A stretch of 64,000 nucleotides of DNA, taken from Limisphaerales bacterium. Lineage in GTDB: Bacteria; Patescibacteriota; Microgenomatia; UBA1400; PJMF01. The position numbers and the translations under genes were made by a program. The notes beneath the pieces are model-generated. The model was not told where the DNA came from and did no database searches. It was given only the letters and a program-made list of their open reading frames with translations. Positions 10,201-18,329 of the stretch are shown here, piece after piece; the stretch's first letter is position 1; the number at the start of each line of letters is the position of its first letter. The stretch spans positions 10,671 through 74,670 of the forward strand of contig JBILGT010000003.1 of assembly GCA_044350895.1 (NCBI GenBank), given 5' to 3'.

Positions 10201-11413
10201 TACAGGTGGCACTATCACAATCTGCAAAGTACAAGTCGTCTGTACTGCCGTCCACATAGTAGGCTATTTTGCAGTCGTTGACTCCAGTAGAACAATCAAG
10301 GGCCACATAGCCACCAGCGTCGGCAGTAGTAACACAGCCAGTCAGTGTACAGCCATCTTTGCCATCTAAGTAGACAAGCGTCCCTGTGCTGCATGTTGCA
10401 TTATCACAATCATAAAAGACCAGTGCTGATTCAGTAGTGTCGTAGTAGGCGATTTTACAGTCACTTGATCCACCAGTACAGTCAACATCAGTGTAATAAC
10501 CCACAACACTTTTAAGTGCGCCATCGCCATCAATAGTTTGTTGCGTTCCACTATTGCAGGTGGCACTATCGCAGTCTGCAAAGGTTAAGTCTGCAAGATC
10601 ATCATTTTGATAAACAAATTTACAATCGGTAGCAGACAGACACTTCATCTCAGCATAGTGTCCAGTTGAAGCAGTTGTAGAACAGCCAGTCAAGCCACAG
10701 CCGGTATTACCGTCAACTAAGGTGATAGAACCACTGCTACAGGTGGCATTGCTGCAGTCTGCAAAACGCAGGTCATCGGTGGTGGTGCGGAAGAAGCCAA
10801 TTTTGCAGTCGGTACTGCCACCAATACAATCCACAATGATATATCCACCACTGCTGCCAGAAGTGATGCAACCAGTTAAGGCACAACCTGCGTTACCCTC
10901 TATGAGTGTGGTGGTCCCAGAGCTACAGGTGGCGGTATCACAATCAGCAAAGTATAGGTCGCTGTCTGTTGAGTTATAGTACCCAATTTTACAGTCATCA
11001 CTAGCAGTACAGTACAAGCTGGCATTTGCCCCTACCACATCAGTGGTACTGCAGCCGGTAAGCGGACAGCTGGCCGCTCCGTCTACGGTTGTTACACTTC
11101 CGCTAGTACAGGCAGCATTATTGCAGTCAGCAAAAATCAAGTCATCGGCAGTGTCGTTGAAGTACGCAAGTTTGCAGTCGGTGGCTGTGACACAAAAAAG
11201 ACTAGTATAGGAAGCAGTGCTAATCCCAGTATTACAGCCAGTCAGGACACAGCCAGAACCACCATCCAGTTGTGTCAATGTTCCAGAACTACAAGTGGCA
11301 GTATCACAGTCTACAAAAAATACATCTGGCGTTGATGCGATTGGTCGTAATCCACTCGCTAGTAAAGCAATTATTTTTAGCATCATGATGAATACAGTAC
11401 TCAGTATTGGCAT
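4250..11413 (-). CDS. Giant surface protein: Cys-rich repeats plus six LamG/concanavalin-like jelly-roll domains; true 5' end probably missing (breakpoint near 11325)
   Basis: Six LamG signatures (GKFG..L.FDG..DY ... W.H ... IDDVRIYNYAL); the first ~28 aa of the ORF are antisense to a c-subunit-like gene fragment. Confidence 0.88.
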   Translation of the reverse strand: MPILSTVFIMMLKIIALLASGLRPIASTPDVFFVDCDTATCSSGTLTQLDGGSGCVLTGCNTGISTASYTSLFCVTATDCKLAYFNDTADDLIFADCNNAACTSGSVTTVDGAASCPLTGCSTTDVVGANASLYCTASDDCKIGYYNSTDSDLYFADCDTATCSSGTTTLIEGNAGCALTGCITSGSSGGYIIVDCIGGSTDCKIGFFRTTTDDLRFADCSNATCSSGSITLVDGNTGCGLTGCSTTASTGHYAEMKCLSATDCKFVYQNDDLADLTFADCDSATCNSGTQQTIDGDGALKSVVGYYTDVDCTGGSSDCKIAYYDTTESALVFYDCDNATCSTGTLVYLDGKDGCTLTGCVTTADAGGYVALDCSTGVNDCKIAYYVDGSTDDLYFADCDSATCNVGTTRMIDGGASCPLTGCTTSATVGTHPNIDCSAGTADCKIAYKNETTDDLLFADCDTATCSSGTRTVVDGTTGCALTGCSTTNDVGINAALSCPTATDCKIAYYDNTRTSLRFADCDNAACTSGTASILEGDTGCLLTGCSTSTSSGTGTTIDCSPGASDCKIAYYNSTGGDLNFVDCNNATCTSGTISQLEGSAGCALTNCSTSVFADSPTIACGGDGSNCKVAYYRSYDFSFADCDNAACTSGTTTVLDGTNGCALTGCSTTNTFEIVFSLDCKAGLNDCKVAYHETDNGDIYFADCNNGTCASGTTNLADDGADRVWAQLVSSSGAAVPDGIITTRSSSYSRLRTPAISPTTATAYGIRLASTDSLNITADVRAARMIVSQSGALSATQTQVEVGNYETSTATSYTQLTNKKIYRYDANKFTPTPTTYFEATISNSTAGQTTSVALYSDGASCTTVVSGSEVTVTGTTWTRVRSSAVTLNDDTDYMVCIKTTANTAQIANARAVLDQSGTIYGTELVYNLVNTAQTDVDTAYTSQNGLNYFDPALFSGSTNYYFESDIKTSAGTGYAQLYNSSDVTAVSSSEVSTTGASYSRQRSNALTMPVAAKNIDAQIKNSSTNTTTVSSADLIVQAGSPPTSTPTRRTSESCYSNNCLEFNGSDNSVSITNTTALDLDQGLAAGVSFAGWVKVSSDGETNVGQIVSKGDSTYLRTTNEGSDRLVDLEASLDLASSDATVTITNGLPLNEWHHVALAYTDDSDDEISVYIDGKLRGTSSNGSGAPASDGNDWLLGGSSSANFHGFIDEVRLYNYERTAQQITLDYTAKGTSEGASAQLGDGTLEKLNQGLVAYYPMDEAAANTCSNGTNDTCDKSGNGNDGAWNGDATTGSGKFGNGVSLDGTGDYVVDSNGLGTFSDKITIAAWIKPSALGTTRKAFIANESIFKLDIDTDSKIRFLTGENWGGSLLKNNTALTTQNWYLVTAVYDGSTKKIYLNGQLDSTIGSTSGSIGTSSSFYLGDYGANLNPYAGSLDEVRIYNRALSPDEVQDLYNYAPGPVAHWKLDENTGTSAADASSNSNTGTLTNGPTWAPGKFGSGVKFDGSDDYINGGSQTNIDNLSTKTVSLWVNPTSYSHQFVNYMISKYTGTVGWAFGVNGTYTDAEVCGSGSTGKVYVYNGTSSICSNQTISTGQWTHVAFTYTGSTVTIFINGLQVGSGSLTLGNESSANISLGARSDNNWYLNGAIDDVRIYNYALSQKQIVNVMNGREGYEPAVGGSVGNPVLHLGFDDGYGTTAQDSSPQNNDGTLTNMAAPATSTSGWSSAGKFGKALAFDGTNDYVSVGNNSSIIPASSISISTWAKFSSFPSDNTNTARILVRNDSGYFLYVYGDVNDRSQLAFMLPDAMTAWSNVPIYNIDNLTTDTWYHIVGTWDGSTARLYINNKLVSSTLVSGSIASTDITRIGTTTVGTEYYMHGLIDEVKIYNYALTEDDIRLEYNRGAAVQLGATSTASNGTTPDNSSSREYCVPGDTATCNPPVAEWKFDENTGTTANDTSGNNNTGTLTNGPTWTTGKTGSGVNLSPSNSYVSVADSSSLNITGDLTISTWVKPNAVDSTARLIMGKGNTSATTSRQYGMRLSAANQWQAFVYSGSTTYSVTDTTTTPSTSRWDQLTVVRDATANTLKFYTNGILRGTASSVTGSLNSTANILAIGREGSSASNYFGGMVDNMRIYNYARTPAQVAWEYNRGGPVAHYKLDECQGTTAYNSALNSNGEAAGNNGTITIGASGSNTTAGSCKGSTGEAWKDGASGKFNSSLEFDDTDDYLNLGTFLGKPSNYSLSFWIKPSNWGSSAIAESASNGGNISIWGMIFRDSGDAVEIWTSDGISGQQAVVASDWNSTGFPSTNWTHITATVDGSSIKYYKDGRLINTVAQTVQNSGTASGFSIGRLGTSTSSTFYSSGQIDDVRIYNYALTPAQVKDLYNGGAVNFR
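4302..7113. repeat. Dispersed GC-rich DNA repeat at LamG domain ends (4302-4336, 5751-5785, 6450-6478, 7091-7113)
   Basis: gtgagggcgtagttgtagat identical at 4302-4321 and 5751-5770; 6450-6478 matches 4308-4336 at 28/29; 7091-7113 matches 4313-4335 at 22/23. Confidence 0.85.
9250..11322 (-). repeat. About 11 tandem ~65-aa Cys-rich protein repeats (probable disulfide-stapled beta-propeller blades)
   Basis: Repeat unit DCKIAYY...DL.FADCD.ATC.SGT...DG..GC.LTGCST; 11 DCK/NCK motifs counted; boundaries approximate. Confidence 0.85.
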
Positions 11414-11459
11414 TGTGGGTATGGGCTTAGCAGCCGCCTACTTTATAAGTACTGTGTAA
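11325..11459 (+). pseudogene. 3' fragment of an ATP synthase subunit c-like membrane protein (5' part absent)
   Basis: SGVDAIGRNPLASKAIIFSIMMNTVLSIGIVGMGLAAAYFISTV: c-subunit-like RNP loop plus TM helix, directly upstream of the atpF-like gene; upstream in-frame sequence is antisense Cys-repeat DNA. Confidence 0.65.
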
Positions 11460-11473
11460 CTTGAAAGGTACCT

Positions 11474-12025
11474 ATGGATACACACATTATTTTTTTGGTC
11501 ATGCTTGAAGCGATTGGATTAGTACTCGCGCTTATTGCGGTCTGGTCATATGTTTGGAGTAAAAAAAATGCTCCCAGTAAAAAAATTGAAGCAGCTCTTG
11601 AAAGTCATCTGCATGGAATGCTCACCGCCGAACTTGAAGTTGTCGAAAAAGAATTAAAGAAAGCTGTTCACGCTGCACACAAAGATGCGGCAGCAATTTT
11701 GGAAACAAACCATGAAGAACTCAGAGAAGAATCAAAAAAACTCCTGAATGACTTTGCCCAAAACTTCACTACGGAAATGACGACACTGCTCAAAGAAGAA
11801 CACACACAAATTTCTAGTATGTTTGCACAAAAAAGTACTGAGATTGTCCAAGAGCTCGCAGAATATCGTGCCCAAAAAATTGCTGAGCTTGATGCAAAAT
11901 CAGATGAACTCGTGGCAAAGTTAGTGCAACAAAAAGTCTGGCGTTCTGTCAAAGCTGCCGATTCTCATGAGATCGCAAAACAAGCTATTCAAACAATTAT
12001 TGCCAGTGGAGAACTTTCAGGATGA
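11474..12025 (+). CDS. atpF: F-type ATPase subunit b-like protein (N-terminal TM plus coiled coil)
   Basis: One N-terminal TM, long charged helical region, position before delta and alpha. Confidence 0.55.
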   Translation: MDTHIIFLVMLEAIGLVLALIAVWSYVWSKKNAPSKKIEAALESHLHGMLTAELEVVEKELKKAVHAAHKDAAAILETNHEELREESKKLLNDFAQNFTTEMTTLLKEEHTQISSMFAQKSTEIVQELAEYRAQKIAELDAKSDELVAKLVQQKVWRSVKAADSHEIAKQAIQTIIASGELSG

Positions 12026-12495
12026 CCACAGTAGTAACTGAAAAAACACTAGCTCAGATTACTCATGCTCTGCACACGCAAGAGCAGCTTACTGAAGTTA
12101 TAGCGCAGATTGAGACCTGTCAGAGCATGCTTTTTTCTACAAAGAAAGCTGCCCAAAAAACTCTAGAAAGTTTACCAAACCTTATTCACTCACTCGTTCC
12201 AGATGCAATTCAAGCCGATGAAAAAAGTTTGGATGGATGGTTGTCAGAACTCAGTGATCAGCTTCGAAAAATTCCGGTTGCTACAGTGACTGTTGCGTAT
12301 CTTCCTACTGCAGCACAAGCTGAAGAGTTGCGTTCACTCGTTGAAACTGGTTTTGGAAGACACGTCATTATTGCGCTGCAAACAGATCCAAAGTTACTAG
12401 CTGGAGTGCGGATTGAATTTGCCAACACCCGGACACAATATTCGCTGAGCCAAGATATGGAAGAGATACTTAAGGAAGCACATGTCCAATCATAG
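12022..12495 (+). CDS. atpH: F-type ATPase subunit delta-like protein
   Basis: C-terminal ATVTVAY...TDPKLLAGVRIEF..YSL resembles the delta/OSCP C-domain; operon position. Confidence 0.75.
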   Translation: MTTVVTEKTLAQITHALHTQEQLTEVIAQIETCQSMLFSTKKAAQKTLESLPNLIHSLVPDAIQADEKSLDGWLSELSDQLRKIPVATVTVAYLPTAAQAEELRSLVETGFGRHVIIALQTDPKLLAGVRIEFANTRTQYSLSQDMEEILKEAHVQS

Positions 12496-13936
12496 TGAAG
12501 AGTACGGCATCGTTGAGCTTGTGCGTCACCCGCTCGTGGCAGTGCGTGGTTTGCCTGGCGCTCAGGTGGGTGAGCTTGTTGAGTTTTCAAATGGTGTGTA
12601 CGGTCAGGTCTTCTCGCTCGGGGTCGAAACACTTGATGTTTTGGTTTTCTCACCCAAAGCACGAACTGTTGGTGAGTCAGTGACACGAACTGGACAACCA
12701 TTTTTGATTTCAGTTTCTGAAAAAATTAAAGGCGCAACTGTTTCACCACTCAGTAATCTGACAGCACAGCAGCAAGCATCCACAGCAATTGATGTTGCTC
12801 CTCAGCTACTTATCAAACGAAGAAGAATCACTCAGCCACTCAATACTGGTGTCTCAATTGTCGACTTGGTGTTACCACTGGGTAAAGGACAGCGGCAGTT
12901 GATTGTCGGTGATCGTAAAACTGGTAAGACATCATTTGCAATTCAGCTCTCAGAACTACAAGTACAAATGGGGTCGCTCGTTGTCTATGCGGTGATTGGA
13001 AAACTCCAAAGTGAGATTAAACGCATTCAAGAAACGTTTGCCCAAAAAGGCATTGCATCTGAAGTGACACTCGTTGCGGCAGCGGCTGACGATCCACCAT
13101 CTGTAATTTATCAAACACCATTTGTAGCAATGGCAATTGCAGAATATCTCAATAGTCTGGGCCGTGACGTTGTAGTGATTTTTGATGACCTCACAACGCA
13201 TGCCAAGTATTACCGAGAAGTTGCGCTCATTGCCAAACGATTCCCCGGTAGAGATTCATATCCTGGAGACATTTACTTTACTTATGCGCGTCTTTTGGAG
13301 CGTGGCGGTTGTTTTACCCACCCCACCAAACCAGACGTTGGGGTAGCAATTACGTGTCTCCCAATTGCAGAAACATCTGATGCGGATTTAACAGATTTTA
13401 TTGTTTCGAACCTGATCAGTATGACCGATGGACATCTCTTGTTTGACAATACAGTCTATGCACAAGGACATCGTCCTGCCATACATCCGGGCTTGTCGGT
13501 GACACGTGTGGGTAAGCAAACGCAGTTGCCAGTGCAGCGTGATCTCACACATTATTTAACTTCGTTTATCAACCAATACCAAAAGACCGTTGGACTCACA
13601 CATTTTGGTGCGGAACTGACTGGTGCAACCAAGTCCATCATCGCTCGTGGTGAGTCGCTTTTCTCTTTTCTTGATCAATCTAAAGAAAAAATATTTTCAC
13701 CAAATGTCATGCTCATTTTGTGTGGCGCTGTACTGCAAGACTGGTTTATTCAAACCACTCCGCAAGCAGTTCGCGATGCTCGGGATGCTTTGCAATCACA
13801 CTATATTTCAGATGAAAAAACTCGAAAAATACTTGATGAACTTGTGGCACAAACGAAAAATCTTTCTGAACTACAATCACAACTTGCAGCGCAACGTGCA
13901 GCGATTGAACCACTATGGGCAGCCTTAAAACAATAA
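12482..13936 (+). CDS. atpA: F1 ATPase subunit alpha (N-terminally short)
   Basis: GKGQRQLIVGDRKTGKT, DDLTTHA, PGRDSYPGD, ISMTDG, SVTRVG. Confidence 0.95.
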   Translation: MSNHSEEYGIVELVRHPLVAVRGLPGAQVGELVEFSNGVYGQVFSLGVETLDVLVFSPKARTVGESVTRTGQPFLISVSEKIKGATVSPLSNLTAQQQASTAIDVAPQLLIKRRRITQPLNTGVSIVDLVLPLGKGQRQLIVGDRKTGKTSFAIQLSELQVQMGSLVVYAVIGKLQSEIKRIQETFAQKGIASEVTLVAAAADDPPSVIYQTPFVAMAIAEYLNSLGRDVVVIFDDLTTHAKYYREVALIAKRFPGRDSYPGDIYFTYARLLERGGCFTHPTKPDVGVAITCLPIAETSDADLTDFIVSNLISMTDGHLLFDNTVYAQGHRPAIHPGLSVTRVGKQTQLPVQRDLTHYLTSFINQYQKTVGLTHFGAELTGATKSIIARGESLFSFLDQSKEKIFSPNVMLILCGAVLQDWFIQTTPQAVRDARDALQSHYISDEKTRKILDELVAQTKNLSELQSQLAAQRAAIEPLWAALKQ

Positions 13937-14790
13937 AACACCAGCAACAATTTGCCGACCAGCTTTATGGTTTGGTAGATATTACCCAGAGCATTGCTGT
14001 GATGCGTATGCAGCAAGTCCGGCAATCAGTGCTCGTGACACGGACGTACATGGAAGGAATCATCGATATTTTCAAAGAGATTCGCCGCTCTCACAAAAAA
14101 GAAGTAGAAAAGATAATTGCAGCTCGTGGCAAAGTATCCCAAGTGGGTGTTACCAAAAAAAGAAGAGACTCAATCTGCATTTTACTGTCGCCATCGGGAA
14201 AATTTTCAGGTCAACTGATCCGAAAAGTCTTTAGTGACTTTGCAGCATATGTCAAAGAAACCAAATGCGACGTAGCAGTTGTGGGAAATACTGGCAAAGA
14301 ACTACTTGCTCAGAGTCTTGAACTTGATGTACAGCCACAGTATTACGCACTTGATTTGGAACACCCCACGCGTGAAGAAATTGCAGTGCTGCTATTTCAC
14401 GTCTTAGAGTATGAAAACATTACTGTTTTTACTGGAAAATTTCAAAGCTTAGTCACGCAAGTACCAACAGCATATAACGTCACTGGGTATGAAACGTTAT
14501 TTCAACAAGAAGCCAGCACAACACCTGAAGCACATGAATTTTTGTTTGAGCCAAAACTCACCGAAATCATTTCTTTTTTTGTGGCTCAGGTTACTGCAAC
14601 ACTCTTACGCGAAACTTTAGAAGAGTCAAAGCTTGCCAACTTAGGTTCTCGCATTATTACACTTGAATCCTCGCGAGGTGGAATTGGTCAGGAAATTAGC
14701 AAATTACAACGAGTTTCTCGCAGACTTAAACGTCGAGTAGATGGACGCAAACAGTCCAATCGATTGAGTAGTATGCGGTTTTGGAAGTAA
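13915..14790 (+). CDS. atpG: F1 ATPase subunit gamma (divergent)
   Basis: Between alpha and beta; N- and C-terminal coiled coils, FLFEP, ESKLANLGSRIITLE. Confidence 0.88.
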   Translation: MGSLKTIKHQQQFADQLYGLVDITQSIAVMRMQQVRQSVLVTRTYMEGIIDIFKEIRRSHKKEVEKIIAARGKVSQVGVTKKRRDSICILLSPSGKFSGQLIRKVFSDFAAYVKETKCDVAVVGNTGKELLAQSLELDVQPQYYALDLEHPTREEIAVLLFHVLEYENITVFTGKFQSLVTQVPTAYNVTGYETLFQQEASTTPEAHEFLFEPKLTEIISFFVAQVTATLLRETLEESKLANLGSRIITLESSRGGIGQEISKLQRVSRRLKRRVDGRKQSNRLSSMRFWK

Positions 14791-14808
14791 CGAAGCAGTA
14801 AGGATAAT

Positions 14809-16224
14809 ATGGCAACAACAAACGGACGAATTATCAGTGTGACACAGCATGTTGCTGAAGTTGAATTTCTTGATGAACAACCACAGATTCATGAAAAACT
14901 TACTTTGGCAGAGGATGAGTGTGCAGTTTTGGAAGTCTATTCCAGTTCAAGAACTGGTAGCTTTTACTGTTTGGTTCTTCGCTCAAGTCAACACTTGATC
15001 CGTGGGGCGGTTGTCGTCACAACTGGCCAGATGCTACGAATTCCGGTGGGTGAGTCAGTTCTGGGAAGAGTATTCAATGTATTTGGTGAACCGTTGGATG
15101 AAAAGGGAAGCCTAGGTAAGAAAACGGTTCCTATTTTTGAATACACACCAGCCACCTTGGATGATGTGGCGATCCCCAAACAAATTCTCGAAACAGGCAT
15201 CAAAGCAGTCGATTTTTTTGCTCCGATTTTTCATGGCGGCAAGATGGGATTATTTGGAGGTGCGGGCTTGGGAAAAACAGTTATTTTGACTGAATTAATT
15301 AATAATATTGTTATCCGGCAGGGAAGTGAAAAAAATGATAAAAAATCTAAAACAGGGAAATCTGCAGAGCGCTACTCTGTTTTTGCTGCTGTTGGTGAGC
15401 GCTCTCGTGAAGTTCAAGAATTGATTGAAAATCTTGATCAAGCCAAAGCACTTGAAAAAACCAGTGTGATTGTAGGACAGATGGGTGAAAATCCAGCAGT
15501 ACGTTTTCAAACTGCTTTTGCAGCGGTGCGCGTTGCCGAATACTTACGCGATAGCATGAACTCTGACGTTCTCTTTTTTATGGATAATGTCTATCGTTTC
15601 AGTCAGGCTGGGTATGAACTTTCCACGCTGATGAATAATATTCCATCAGAAGACGGGTATCAGCCGAGTCTGCCTTCAGAAATTTCTCAGCTCCAATCAC
15701 GTCTGTATTCAAATACTCAAAACTCTATTACCAGTATTGAAACTGTGTATCTGCCATCAGATGACCTCACTGATTTGGCAGTACGGTCGCAGTTCCCATA
15801 TCTTGATGCAATGGTTGTGTTTTCTCGCGATATTTACCAGCAGGGTCGGTTGCCTGCTATTGATTTACTTGCATCAACATCAAATGCTCTGTCACCTGAT
15901 TTCGTCGGTGAAGAGCACTACACAGTGTACTTGGAAGCCAAAAAACTACTTGAACGTGCCATCAGTATTGAACGACTGGTGAGTATGGTGGGTCTTTCAG
16001 ATTTATCAGCAGCAGATCAAAAAATTTACAAGCGTTCACAGCTACTTAAAAATTATATGAGTCAAAGTTTCTTTGTGATTTCAGTTCAAACTGGTCGACC
16101 AGGGACATTTGTACCAAGAGCGACGTGTGTGCAAGATGTTGCGAAAATTCTCAGTGGTGCGTTTGACACGCTTAATGAAGAAAAGCTGCTTCATGGTGGA
16201 AGTCTGCAAGAGATGAACCTATGA
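14809..16224 (+). CDS. atpD: F1 ATPase subunit beta
   Basis: GLFGGAGLGKT, GERSRE, GQMGENP, DNVYRF, PSEDGYQP, YLPSDDLTD. Confidence 0.96.
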   Translation: MATTNGRIISVTQHVAEVEFLDEQPQIHEKLTLAEDECAVLEVYSSSRTGSFYCLVLRSSQHLIRGAVVVTTGQMLRIPVGESVLGRVFNVFGEPLDEKGSLGKKTVPIFEYTPATLDDVAIPKQILETGIKAVDFFAPIFHGGKMGLFGGAGLGKTVILTELINNIVIRQGSEKNDKKSKTGKSAERYSVFAAVGERSREVQELIENLDQAKALEKTSVIVGQMGENPAVRFQTAFAAVRVAEYLRDSMNSDVLFFMDNVYRFSQAGYELSTLMNNIPSEDGYQPSLPSEISQLQSRLYSNTQNSITSIETVYLPSDDLTDLAVRSQFPYLDAMVVFSRDIYQQGRLPAIDLLASTSNALSPDFVGEEHYTVYLEAKKLLERAISIERLVSMVGLSDLSAADQKIYKRSQLLKNYMSQSFFVISVQTGRPGTFVPRATCVQDVAKILSGAFDTLNEEKLLHGGSLQEMNL

Positions 16225-16509
16225 GGGCTTGGTGGTTTTTACACCAAGATACACTTCAACTCGATATTGAAAACAGTGCAGTACACCACCATCAACCGCA
16301 AACTCTTTTTTTTCGCCACTTGCTAGATGTAGTATGATTTTTTCCTTGATAAGTGTTATGAAGTTGGTGTGTTCTGCCAAAATATCAAAAGGACCCTGAT
16401 CATTTACTGAGGAAAGTGATGCTGCAACATCATTAAAAATGATACCTTTTTCATCATGTATTAAAACATCAAATGAGGTTTGATCGGGTGTTATGTTTTT
16501 TATTGGCAC
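16219..16509 (-). CDS. atpC: F1 ATPase subunit epsilon, N-terminal beta-sandwich only
   Basis: GPFDILAEHTNFIT and AVDGGVLH match epsilon G.FGILPGH / VSGG motifs; probable GTG start at 16509. Confidence 0.8.
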   Translation of the reverse strand: MPIKNITPDQTSFDVLIHDEKGIIFNDVAASLSSVNDQGPFDILAEHTNFITLIKEKIILHLASGEKKEFAVDGGVLHCFQYRVEVYLGVKTTKPS

Positions 16510-16628
16510 GATGAAATTTGTATTTGGCAAGTATCCCTTGGTGACATGTAGTTGATGCTTACTTACATAAGTATTACAGCTTGTTAGTCACAATTTGACA
16601 AGATAGTATAGAATATAGATATAGTATT

Positions 16629-16907
16629 ATGGCAAAAAAACAACCAGAAGAAGCAGAAATAAAAATAGTGCCTTTTAGACAAAATGGTTTAAATAGGGTC
16701 TATTCTAATCACGTAGAAATAAATGTCTCTGAGATAGATCTAAACATAAAGTTTTGTGATGTTAGACCGCCAGAGAATGCTGAAAATATGGAAATGACAA
16801 TATCAAAAGGAACATTTGGAGTTCCTATTGTTGCAGAAGTAGTAATTCCATTAGTAGTAGCAAAAGCACTTAAACGTATATTAAATGAAAGAATAAAGGA
16901 GGATTAA
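16629..16907 (+). CDS. DUF3467-like protein (IS passenger)
   Basis: VYSNHVEINVSEIDLNIKF...VAEVVIPLVVAKAL pattern typical of DUF3467. Confidence 0.6.
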   Translation: MAKKQPEEAEIKIVPFRQNGLNRVYSNHVEINVSEIDLNIKFCDVRPPENAENMEMTISKGTFGVPIVAEVVIPLVVAKALKRILNERIKED

Positions 16908-17183
16908 ATGTCAACTCAATTTATGCCTCTAGATCAAATTTTAGACACTAATTCTGTATCAACTAATAATTTACCTATTGTTAAGAAATTTAGTGATTTT
17001 TTTACTACAGCTTTTCCTTTTTCAAGTTATATTGAGCCACAAGATGAAATAGCCAGTATCAAGAAGTTTGCATTTCCTCCTCTTGATGAACTGAGAGCTT
17101 CATTAGTTGAAGCTGGTTATTCCAAGGAAGAAATTGATGTCGAAATCAAAGCCTTCGCCAATATGCCAGAATATAGAGGTTGA
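16908..17183 (+). CDS. Putative antitoxin (IS passenger)
   Basis: Small acidic ORF with strong SD (AAGGAGG), overlapping the downstream RelE-like gene. Confidence 0.5.
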   Translation: MSTQFMPLDQILDTNSVSTNNLPIVKKFSDFFTTAFPFSSYIEPQDEIASIKKFAFPPLDELRASLVEAGYSKEEIDVEIKAFANMPEYRG

Positions 17184-17439
17184 AGTAACTCAAGAAGCAG
17201 AAGAACAAGCTAAAAATCAAAACCTTACTAAAAAACTTGAAAAAGCTATCAGGTTATATAAGGCCAATCCGTGGCACCCATCTTTGCATAATGAATTATT
17301 GAAACCAGAAAGTATGGGTCGTCACTCCATAATGTTAAACGACCAATACCGTGCTAAATACATCAAAATTGACGCTAATAAGATTAGAATATACTATGTA
17401 GGTGACTACCATGGAAAAAAACACAAAAAATCCAAGTAA
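17137..17439 (+). CDS. RelE/ParE-superfamily toxin (IS passenger)
   Basis: KKLEKAIRLYKANPWHPSLHNELL...SIMLNDQYRA...VGDYH; start uncertain (ATG 17137 has an SD). Confidence 0.7.
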   Translation: MSKSKPSPICQNIEVEVTQEAEEQAKNQNLTKKLEKAIRLYKANPWHPSLHNELLKPESMGRHSIMLNDQYRAKYIKIDANKIRIYYVGDYHGKKHKKSK

Positions 17440-17471
17440 GAATGATTTTTTAAATCTTCTAAAAAAAGCTG

Positions 17472-18329
17472 TTATGCCCGTGATAGTAAAACCTGAAACA
17501 TCGGCAACTCCGAGTTCCGATAATTATAACGGAAAACAAATTCGTTCAAGTAAAACTGCAAATACTTCTTTGAAACAGCGTGGTGAGTCCCAGAAATAGA
17601 ACGCTTAACCTGACTCCAAAATCCCTCAATTGTGTTTGTGTGTACATTTCCACGCACGTATTCTTTGATTCCATGCTGGATAACTTCATGTAAGTAACCG
17701 TCTTTTTCTACACGGTTATAGACTGGAAATTCATCTGTCATAACTGCACTACCTAAAGTAACATTCTCTCTCAAAATTGGAATAACAGTGGCAGACTTAA
17801 CATTGTCTACATGTTTAGCACGAACACTGCCACCACGTTGTACTACTCCAACTACTGCTGCTTTATCAGTACCACGACCTCTTTTACCGCCTCTACGTGA
17901 GCCGCCTATATATGTTTCGTCTGCCTCAACAGTACCACTTAAAGGATCTTTACCTTGTGTCATTAAACTTCTGATCTGATGTGTCATACGCCATGCACAT
18001 TTATAAGTAACACCTAATTGGCGTTGCACTTCTTTAGCACTTACACCATTACGAGCAGATGCAAATAAAAACAGTGCATGAAACCATAGAGTGAGTGGTG
18101 TACTACTCTTATGAAAGATCGTTCCTGCTGTAGGGTGTAATTGAAAACCACAATGTGAACAGGAATAACACTTACGTGTACTTACTCTGTAAAAACTATT
18201 CTCAGCCTTACATTCTGGACAAATAGGATCAGGAAAACGCATAGCAAAGATATACGCAATACACGCATCATCGTTAGGAAAATCTTTGAGTAAATCAGCT
18301 ATGGTATACTTAGCTTGCTTGGCTTTCAT
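17472..18329 (-). CDS. IS1595-family transposase
   Basis: Zn ribbon CPEC..CSHC, HTH, catalytic EADETY / MTDE / HTNTIEGFWS, YLNEFVFRYN. Confidence 0.95.
   Translation of the reverse strand: MKAKQAKYTIADLLKDFPNDDACIAYIFAMRFPDPICPECKAENSFYRVSTRKCYSCSHCGFQLHPTAGTIFHKSSTPLTLWFHALFLFASARNGVSAKEVQRQLGVTYKCAWRMTHQIRSLMTQGKDPLSGTVEADETYIGGSRRGGKRGRGTDKAAVVGVVQRGGSVRAKHVDNVKSATVIPILRENVTLGSAVMTDEFPVYNRVEKDGYLHEVIQHGIKEYVRGNVHTNTIEGFWSQVKRSISGTHHAVSKKYLQFYLNEFVFRYNYRNSELPMFQVLLSRA

Noticed and set aside
11330-11413. Signal peptide at the start of the 2387-aa ORF
   Set aside because: It is the antisense reading of the c-subunit-like helix, so probably coincidental
17402-17599. 65-aa ORF inside the IS
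   Set aside because: Mostly antisense to the transposase 3' end and overlapping the toxin; no independent support for coding
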